64,000 bases of DNA from Candidatus Woesearchaeota archaeon (GTDB lineage: Archaea; Nanobdellota; Nanobdellia; Pacearchaeales; GW2011-AR1). A model generated the notes under the pieces. The model saw nothing but the letters and a program-made list of their open reading frames with translations, was not told the DNA's origin and searched no databases. How positions within the stretch are numbered: the first letter of the stretch is position 1; every line of letters starts with the position of its first letter. The stretch covers positions 10,712 to 74,711 of the forward strand of contig CAYITD010000004.1 in NCBI GenBank assembly GCA_964366325.1, read 5' to 3'. Positions 57,579 through 64,000 of the stretch are shown here, one piece after another. A program made the translations under genes and the position numbers.

Positions 57579-59615
57579 ATGGAAGAAACAGAGGTAAAAA
57601 AGAAAACAAAGACTAAACAAGAGGATTTGATTCTTGAGGCTAAAAACTTTTTCAACGCTCATAAAAAAGAGATAGGCAATTCTTTGAGAACTGGAGAGGG
57701 TATAATCAAACTTGGCCTTTCTGAAATTGCTGAATTTTCTCCTTCTCTTTCTGAAGAAATTACAGATTATCCTGAAGAAACTATTGCTTTGTTTGAAACT
57801 GCCTTGGAGGAATTAGGATTAGTAAGCAAACCTCGAATAAGACTAACAAACCTTCCAAAGAGTTGTTTTATTAAAATAAGATCCATAAGGGCGAAACATT
57901 TGGATCAGCTGTTATGGATTGAAGGGATTGTTAGGCAGGCTTCAGATGTTAGACCGCAGGTTGTTAATGCTAGATTCGAATGCCCTAATTGTGGAGCAGT
58001 TTTGTCTGTTTTACAGATAGATAGAAAATTTAGAGAACCTTCTAGGTGTTCTTGCGGTTGGAAGGGGAATTTCAAGCTTTTGAGTAAGGAGATGGTAGAT
58101 GCACAAAGGTTAGTTTTAGAAGAGTCTCCTGATTCTTTGGAAGGGGGAGAACAACCTAGAAGAATAAATGTTTTTTTGAAAGAAGATTTAGTCGATCCAA
58201 GAATGGAAATAAGGACGACTCCAGGAAGCAGAGTTAAAATCCATGGTATTTTGAAAGAAGTTCCTGTACCTTTGCAGACTGGAGCCATTTCAACACGATT
58301 CGATATTGCTATAGAAGCTAATAATGTAATTCCCATGGAAGAATCGTTTGAAGATTTTGCAATTAGTGAGGAAGATGAAAGACAGATTCACGAAATTGCT
58401 GCAGACCCAAATGCTTTTAAGATACTCTCCGAGAGCTTAGCTCCAAGCATTTATGGTTTTAATTTGATAAAGGAGGCTGTCTTGATGCAGCTTTTTGGTG
58501 GTGTGAAGAAATTAAAATCAGATGGTGGATTCACAAGAGGAGATATACATGTTTTGCTTGTTGGAGATCCCGGAGTTGCAAAATCAGTTTTGTTGAAATA
58601 TACTTCTAGGATTGCTCCGAAGGGTAGATATGTTTCTGGAAAGGCGGCTTCTGCTGCTGGTTTAACGGCTGCTGTTGTAAAAGATGAGTTTTTGCGTGGA
58701 TGGAGTCTGGAAGCTGGAGCAATGGTTTTGTCTAATAAAGGTGTCGTTTGTATTGATGAAATAGAGAAAATGGAAGAACATGATAGAAGTACAATGCATG
58801 AAGCTATGGAACAACAATCTGTCACGATTTCTAAGGCAAATATACAGGCCACTTTAAGAGCTGAAACTACTGTTCTTGCTGCTGGAAATCCGAAACTTGG
58901 CAGATTTGACCCTTATACACCTATACCTCAACAGATAGACATTTCTCCTGCTTTACTTAGCAGATTTGATATTATTTTTATTATAAGAGATCTGCCAAAT
59001 AGAATTCAGGACGAGGCTATTGCTACTCATGTTCTTGAGGAACATAAACAAGGAGTTGTCAGAGACGTGATGAGTGCAGATCTTTTGAAGAAATATATAG
59101 CCTATGCTAGACAGAAATCTAAACCTGCTTTGAAGGATGATGCTATTGAGGAAATTAAAAGATTTTATATAAAATTGAGAAATCAACCTTCAAGAGCGGA
59201 TTCTGAATTGAAGCCAATTCCGATAACTGCAAGACAGTTAGAGGGGATAATTAGAATGTCAGAAGCTCATGCTAAAATAAGATTGAGTAATGAAGTGACT
59301 GCTAAAGATGCTAGAGTTGCAATTGAGCTATTGAAGGCTTCTTTAATGCAGGTAGGTTATGATGAGGAGACAAAAAGTTTTGATATAGATAAAATGACGA
59401 CTGGGATAACTTCTTCTAAAAGAAGCAAAATTTTGGCTGTTAGAGAGGTTTTATCTCAATTGGAGTCAAAACTTGGGAAATTAATTCCTGAAGAAGAACT
59501 GGAAACAGCTTTGGAGGGAAAAATTTCTAAAGAGGATCTTGAAGAAGCAATTACTCAGTTGTCAAAAGCGGGGGACATTTTTAGACCTAAAAAGGGGTTT
59601 ATACAGAGAATATAA
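57579..59615 (+). CDS. mcm: MCM replicative helicase
   Basis: CPNCG...CSCG Zn finger, GDPGVAKS, CIDEIEKM, LLSRFD, ITARQLE. Confidence 0.97.
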   Translation: MEETEVKKKTKTKQEDLILEAKNFFNAHKKEIGNSLRTGEGIIKLGLSEIAEFSPSLSEEITDYPEETIALFETALEELGLVSKPRIRLTNLPKSCFIKIRSIRAKHLDQLLWIEGIVRQASDVRPQVVNARFECPNCGAVLSVLQIDRKFREPSRCSCGWKGNFKLLSKEMVDAQRLVLEESPDSLEGGEQPRRINVFLKEDLVDPRMEIRTTPGSRVKIHGILKEVPVPLQTGAISTRFDIAIEANNVIPMEESFEDFAISEEDERQIHEIAADPNAFKILSESLAPSIYGFNLIKEAVLMQLFGGVKKLKSDGGFTRGDIHVLLVGDPGVAKSVLLKYTSRIAPKGRYVSGKAASAAGLTAAVVKDEFLRGWSLEAGAMVLSNKGVVCIDEIEKMEEHDRSTMHEAMEQQSVTISKANIQATLRAETTVLAAGNPKLGRFDPYTPIPQQIDISPALLSRFDIIFIIRDLPNRIQDEAIATHVLEEHKQGVVRDVMSADLLKKYIAYARQKSKPALKDDAIEEIKRFYIKLRNQPSRADSELKPIPITARQLEGIIRMSEAHAKIRLSNEVTAKDARVAIELLKASLMQVGYDEETKSFDIDKMTTGITSSKRSKILAVREVLSQLESKLGKLIPEEELETALEGKISKEDLEEAITQLSKAGDIFRPKKGFIQRI

Positions 59616-59620
59616 TCTAA

Positions 59621-59691
59621 AGAGAACTTTGAAAAATTGCTAAAGTTCTCTAACAAGAAGTTTGAATAAATACTAGATTTATCAAACTTCT
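59621..59691. repeat. Two tandem 10-bp-stem hairpins between mcm and the RPA gene
   Basis: AGAGAACTTT/AAAGTTCTCT and AGAAGTTTGA/TCAAACTTCT. Confidence 0.7.
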
Positions 59692-59753
59692 CTAAAGAAT
59701 AAAAGCTTATAAGGATAGTTTTTCTTTTTTTTGGGTATGTTTAAAGAGGAAAA

Positions 59754-60383
59754 ATGAATGAACAAAATTCGAATCAAGGTTTTAAGAGGAAAGTAGCCTA
59801 CAAGTTTAAAATAGGCGATGTTTTGGCGGGTAGAGTTATTTTTGATGGTGAGAGAATAAAACATATCGACATTCATGGCAAAGAGGCTGTGAGAGTTAAT
59901 ATTATAGCTAATGTTGTAGAAAAGTATATTCAAGAAGGCGAGAAAAAATATGGTTCTATCACACTTGATGATGCGACTGGACAAATAAAAATCAAGACTT
60001 TTGGAGAAGACGTTTTGAAGTTTGATGAACTTAGTCAGGGAGATACTGTGCTTGTTGTTGGTTTATTGAGAAGCTGGAATAATGAAGTATACATTACTCC
60101 TGAAATAATAAAGAAGAAGGAGCCGACATATCTTTTGATTAGGAAGTATGAAGTTGAACTTGAACAGCCTAAGATAATTGATAGAGAAAAAATTGCTGAG
60201 TTGAAGGATAAGATTTTAGGAATGGTTAAAGAGAAAGACAGCACAGGCGGATTGGATATCGATAGAATAATTTTGGATTTGAAGGAGCCTCCTGAAATAA
60301 TAAATAGAGAGGTTAAAAGATTATTGGAAGATGGAGTCGTTTATGAACCGAGACCTGGGAAGTTAAGGTATTTGGGGAATTGA
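59754..60383 (+). CDS. OB-fold ssDNA-binding protein (RPA32-like) with C-terminal wHTH
   Basis: RVNIIANVV, ITLDDATGQI, YEPRPGKLRYL. Confidence 0.85.
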   Translation: MNEQNSNQGFKRKVAYKFKIGDVLAGRVIFDGERIKHIDIHGKEAVRVNIIANVVEKYIQEGEKKYGSITLDDATGQIKIKTFGEDVLKFDELSQGDTVLVVGLLRSWNNEVYITPEIIKKKEPTYLLIRKYEVELEQPKIIDREKIAELKDKILGMVKEKDSTGGLDIDRIILDLKEPPEIINREVKRLLEDGVVYEPRPGKLRYLGN

Positions 60384-60437
60384 ATTGTTAATTTTAATTC
60401 TATTATAAGCAACCTTTTTAAGCCTAAAAGTGATTTA

Positions 60438-61088
60438 TTGATAATGAAAAAGGATGAGATATATTACGTTAAATCTTTGGAAGAAGATTTTTCTACTAAA
60501 ACATTAGTTGGGAAGGATAAGGTTACATATCAGACTATACAGGATATGGTTAAAACAAAAACTATCAAACCAAATACTTTGAGTTTTGGAACACAGAGAC
60601 GTTTGGCTGGAACTGTTCTTGATAAAAATTATACAAAAACTTATAGACCTCATGGTATTATTTTTCAGACAGAGGATAAGCCAGATCAAGTTCTTCCGTT
60701 TGATTTAGTTTTATTGAGTGCTACTGATAATATAATTGTTCATTATTACAGAATAAAAAATAATTTGCACATTTATTATAGTCATAAATTAATTCCTGGT
60801 TTTGAGAAATTTATTTTCAAAGACTTTGAAAGCATGATAGAAGAGATCCCTTCTCCAAAAACTGCTTGGGAGCTAGTTAACAGTTTTAGGAAAACTAAAG
60901 GATATAAGCAGCTTCCAATTTCTAAATATCGTCTTGTAGAATATAATGAAGTTATATTTCATAAGCCAATAAAAATAAGGCCGATTGCAATTTATGGATA
61001 TAGGAAAGAGACAAAATTAGTTTCTAAGGAAATTGGTTTACCCTGTTTTGTTTCTGCCAAGGATTTTTATAAGAAGAGAGTTAATTAG
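60438..61088 (+). CDS. Hypothetical protein
   Basis: 216-aa ORF; TLSF, GIIF, YNEVIF. Confidence 0.6.
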   Translation: MIMKKDEIYYVKSLEEDFSTKTLVGKDKVTYQTIQDMVKTKTIKPNTLSFGTQRRLAGTVLDKNYTKTYRPHGIIFQTEDKPDQVLPFDLVLLSATDNIIVHYYRIKNNLHIYYSHKLIPGFEKFIFKDFESMIEEIPSPKTAWELVNSFRKTKGYKQLPISKYRLVEYNEVIFHKPIKIRPIAIYGYRKETKLVSKEIGLPCFVSAKDFYKKRVN

Positions 61089-61131
61089 CAGTTGAAGATG
61101 ATATTTGAGTTTCTTATTTAGAAAAATGGAA

Positions 61132-61665
61132 TTATTTCTTCAATCCCAATCTCTGGAAAAAGCCTTTCTTCTTTTGGGAATTGAGGCGAACGGCAAGCCA
61201 GATTATAAAAACAAGAGCTAGAAGGAGAAGAAGGAATCTCCAGATATCTGAGAAGTTTCTCCAGTTCACTACTGATCCCCAGAAGATAGACCAAATACCT
61301 GAACCTAAAAGAGCACTGCCTACTGGTTCAATTGAGAGAATTGAATAACCTATAATTAATGCTAGGATTCCTACGATTAGAGAGACTAGAAAGATGAATT
61401 TTGATTGAGTTTTTTGAGCATCGTCAAACTGTTTTTGGCATTCTGAGTAGAAATCGCAATAGTTGTTTGTCCACTTTCCACCTTGTTCGATGCATGATGC
61501 GGAGTTCATATCTGGACCTTTTCCAACTTCTATAGGATATGCTGGGGCTGCTTTGCAGAAATCATCCCATTGTGGAGAGGGCTTGAAGGCTTCGATTCCC
61601 TGCCAAAGAGCTAAGCCGAAGACTATCACTATCCCTATTCCAAGAATTAGATTTTTAATGTTCAT
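61132..61665 (-). CDS. Membrane protein with Cys-containing extracellular loop
   Basis: N-terminal TM, four Cys, three C-terminal TMs. Confidence 0.7.
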   Translation of the reverse strand: MNIKNLILGIGIVIVFGLALWQGIEAFKPSPQWDDFCKAAPAYPIEVGKGPDMNSASCIEQGGKWTNNYCDFYSECQKQFDDAQKTQSKFIFLVSLIVGILALIIGYSILSIEPVGSALLGSGIWSIFWGSVVNWRNFSDIWRFLLLLLALVFIIWLAVRLNSQKKKGFFQRLGLKK

Positions 61666-61703
61666 TTTCTATTAGGGACAAACAACTTTATAAACTCTTC
61701 TTC

Positions 61704-62135
61704 GTGTTTTTTTCTATGGACAGAGACAAGATGTATAATGATCTGCTGGATGTTGCTTATAAGAAGGTCAAAGTTGTTGACAAAGGCAGCGAGAGATTTG
61801 AGGCTCCAAAGGTTTCTGGACAAGTTTCTGGAAACACTACTGTAATAACTAATATAACTGAAATAGCTAGCTATCTAAGGAGAGATCTTAGTCATCTTGC
61901 TAAGTTTTTACAGAAAGAGCTTGCAGCATTTACAAAAATATCTGGGACAAGATTAATTTTTAATACAAAGTTGAATTCTGAAAAAGTAAATGAAAAATTA
62001 GAGAAATACACTAAAGAGTTTGTTCTTTGTCCTGTGTGTGGAAAGCCAGACACAGAGATTTTGTCTGAAAAGAATATAAAATTTAAACATTGTTTGGCTT
62101 GTGGAGCTAGAAGCCCTATCAAATACCACCTTTAA
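61704..62135 (+). CDS. eif2b: Translation initiation factor 2 subunit beta
   Basis: GNTTVITN, CPVCGKPDT...CLACGA. Confidence 0.93.
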   Translation: MFFSMDRDKMYNDLLDVAYKKVKVVDKGSERFEAPKVSGQVSGNTTVITNITEIASYLRRDLSHLAKFLQKELAAFTKISGTRLIFNTKLNSEKVNEKLEKYTKEFVLCPVCGKPDTEILSEKNIKFKHCLACGARSPIKYHL

Positions 62136-62136
62136 C

Positions 62137-62436
62137 ATGATAAGTGTAAAAATCCATGATGCAAGGAGAAGGATAGTTGCTATTTGTGATTTGGATCTTG
62201 TTGGGAAGAAATTTGAGGAGGGGAAAAGACAAATAGATGTTAGGGAGAACTTTTTTAGAGAGAGTGAAATGAATTTTCAGGATGTTGTGGAGTTGATAAC
62301 TAATGAGATGATGGATGATTCTACTTTTAATATTGTCGGAGAGGAGTCTATAAATGCGGCTATAGAAGCTGGGTTGATCGATGAAGAGGGTGTTATAAAA
62401 ATTCAGGGAATTCCGTTAGCCCTTGTATTAATATGA
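62137..62436 (+). CDS. DUF424 family protein
   Basis: IVAICDLDLVGKKFEEG...NIVGEESI. Confidence 0.88.
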   Translation: MISVKIHDARRRIVAICDLDLVGKKFEEGKRQIDVRENFFRESEMNFQDVVELITNEMMDDSTFNIVGEESINAAIEAGLIDEEGVIKIQGIPLALVLI

Positions 62437-62924
62437 TCACAGTTTATACGAAGAGGGTAAGAGAAATTAAGAAACTTAAGGAGGACCTTGAGAGAAAGTT
62501 AGATGTTAAACTAAAGTTTGTTCCAAGTGGAATTGAAGTTGATGGAGAGAGCTTTAGCGAGTATACTGCTTCGGTTGTTCTAGAAGCTATAAAGTTTGGG
62601 TTTTCAGTTAAGAAAGCATTGCTTCTCAAGGAAGAGGATTTTGTTTTTAAAATTATACATATAAAGAGCCATACGAGGAGAAATTTAAGAGATATTGTTG
62701 CAAGACTGGCTGGTGCAAAAGGAAAAGCGAAGAGAGTGATCTCTGATATTTCAGACTGTGAAATAGTTATCCACGAAGGAGATGTTGGAATAATTGGTGA
62801 GTTTATGAATGTGGAAAACGTTTCTACAGCGATTGTCAGCCTTATAAAAGGGGCAAAACATTCCAATGTATATCATTATCTTGAAAGAATGAACGTTGCA
62901 AAAAGGGGTCAAATTTTTGATTAA
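62433..62924 (+). CDS. KH-domain rRNA processing protein (Dim2/Pno1-like)
   Basis: AIKFGFS...A..L, ARLAGAKGKAKRVI, GAKHSNVY. Confidence 0.88.
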   Translation: MITVYTKRVREIKKLKEDLERKLDVKLKFVPSGIEVDGESFSEYTASVVLEAIKFGFSVKKALLLKEEDFVFKIIHIKSHTRRNLRDIVARLAGAKGKAKRVISDISDCEIVIHEGDVGIIGEFMNVENVSTAIVSLIKGAKHSNVYHYLERMNVAKRGQIFD

Positions 62925-62956
62925 AATAAAAAATAAAAAATAAATAAAAAGAGAGT

Positions 62957-63022
62957 TTATCTCTTTTTCTTATGAGTTGTTTTTTTAGCCTTCTTTTTTG
63001 TTTGCTTTTTCTTAGCTGGCAT
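62957..63022 (-). CDS. 21-aa lysine-rich peptide (not in ORF track)
   Basis: MPAKKKQTKKKAKKTTHKKKR*, GAGGTG RBS 7 nt upstream. Confidence 0.45.
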   Translation of the reverse strand: MPAKKKQTKKKAKKTTHKKKR

Positions 63023-63254
63023 CTTCATTCACCTCTTTTTTAGCCATTTCTATTTCTTTAAATGTTTTTTTCTTTATAAAACTATCGTAAATTTGATGTT
63101 TTCAGATTTTTTTCTGCTAAAATAATTTTAATTATTTTTATCCACAGCAAGTTTTAAATATGGCTCAAATTTAGCTTTTTTATGTCAGGATGTTTAGATA
63201 GTTTGCATCTTGAACGTACAAAAGTTCATAGATAAAGAAGGTGAACTCACATAT

Positions 63255-63327
63255 GTCCCGGTAGCTCAGCTGGTAGAGCACATGGCTGTTAACCATGGGG
63301 TCAGAGGTCCGAGTCCTCTCCGGGACG
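63255..63327 (+). tRNA. tRNA-Asn(GTT)
   Basis: Acceptor GTCCCGG/CCGGGAC, anticodon arm CATGG-CTGTTAA-CCATG; T-loop TCCGAGT. Confidence 0.92.
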
Positions 63328-63466
63328 TTTGTATTATAGAATTTTTATAGTATTATTTGGATAGCATAAAAACAATATGAAGAGATTTTTCTAAATCTCT
63401 AATAGATATTTTTACATTTATCAGTTTTAAGCATAAAAAATATCAATAAAAAAATAAAAAATTTAT

Positions 63467-64000
63467 TTATGCAAGGACGATTTGTCCTCTTATTTCTCCG
63501 TTAGGGAAAGCTGTACTATGTACATTGACATATGTTTTACCTGAAAGAATTGATGCTTCTTGTGATTCGTCATACATTAAGAATCCTTCTTTGTGCTCTC
63601 CTAATGGAAGCTCGAACAAGACAGGCGCATTATTCTTTTTATCTGCGAAACCATGGATGTGTGAAGCTGTTTCTTCTCCTTTTAATTTCATATAGTCTAA
63701 GTTGTAGTTTATCTTGTTATGTTCAGTGTCTATATAGAAAACACCATAACCTGATGCTCCAGTTATTACTTTTGGATTTTGATAAACTCCTCTTAAGTTT
63801 GCTTTCATTTTCAATGGTTTGTGAATTGAAGATATGTCTACCATGAGGACAGGCATTCCAGGCTCAGAATCAATGTCAACAATATTTTCCTTTGTGATTA
63901 CTAAAACATTGTAAGGATTCATATTAAATTCTTTTGCCATGAAGTTCAAAACGCCGTGGCCGTTTTTTGACATTTTCAATTCACCTATATTTTGGTAAAA
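63467..64000 (-). CDS. CHRD-domain protein, 5'-truncated by window edge
   Basis: ASHIHG, GKTYVNVHSTAFPNGEIRGQI; frame open to 64000. Confidence 0.85.
   Translation of the reverse strand, partial: FYQNIGELKMSKNGHGVLNFMAKEFNMNPYNVLVITKENIVDIDSEPGMPVLMVDISSIHKPLKMKANLRGVYQNPKVITGASGYGVFYIDTEHNKINYNLDYMKLKGEETASHIHGFADKKNNAPVLFELPLGEHKEGFLMYDESQEASILSGKTYVNVHSTAFPNGEIRGQIVLA

Noticed and set aside
600-63846. Numerous 60-180 aa ORFs antisense or out of frame to recognised genes (e.g. 600-842, 9186-9740, 24746-25129, 57905-58336)
   Set aside because: Shadow ORFs overlapping well-supported genes, with Phe/Leu/Ser-rich non-protein-like composition.

Overview
AT-rich archaeal genomic window; the gene set (TFB, TBP, TFE, MCM, aRF1, eIF1A/eIF2beta, archaeal r-proteins, tRNA splicing endonuclease, short AlaRS, compact genes, little metabolism) suggests a DPANN archaeon, probably Pacearchaeota-like (inference). 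Mostly informational housekeeping genes plus six tRNAs (one with a BHB intron), interspersed with toxin-antitoxin-like accessory loci (Panacea/SocA + putative nuclease, AbiE type IV, two nucleotidyltransferase pairs with operator palindromes). The most notable signal is a family of 66-95 nt double-hairpin insertion elements (40002-40067, 48634-48718, 28078-28157, 52693-52787, partial ~49360-49414). They sit 3' of TTAT (once TTGAC) with no target duplication; in three cases in-silico removal re-fuses the split reading frame exactly, and one pair shows an internally inverted hairpin. ORFs below the track's size cutoff include a CC1-like chromatin protein, Sec61beta and a 21-aa lysine-rich peptide. 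All family assignments come from motif recognition without database searches.
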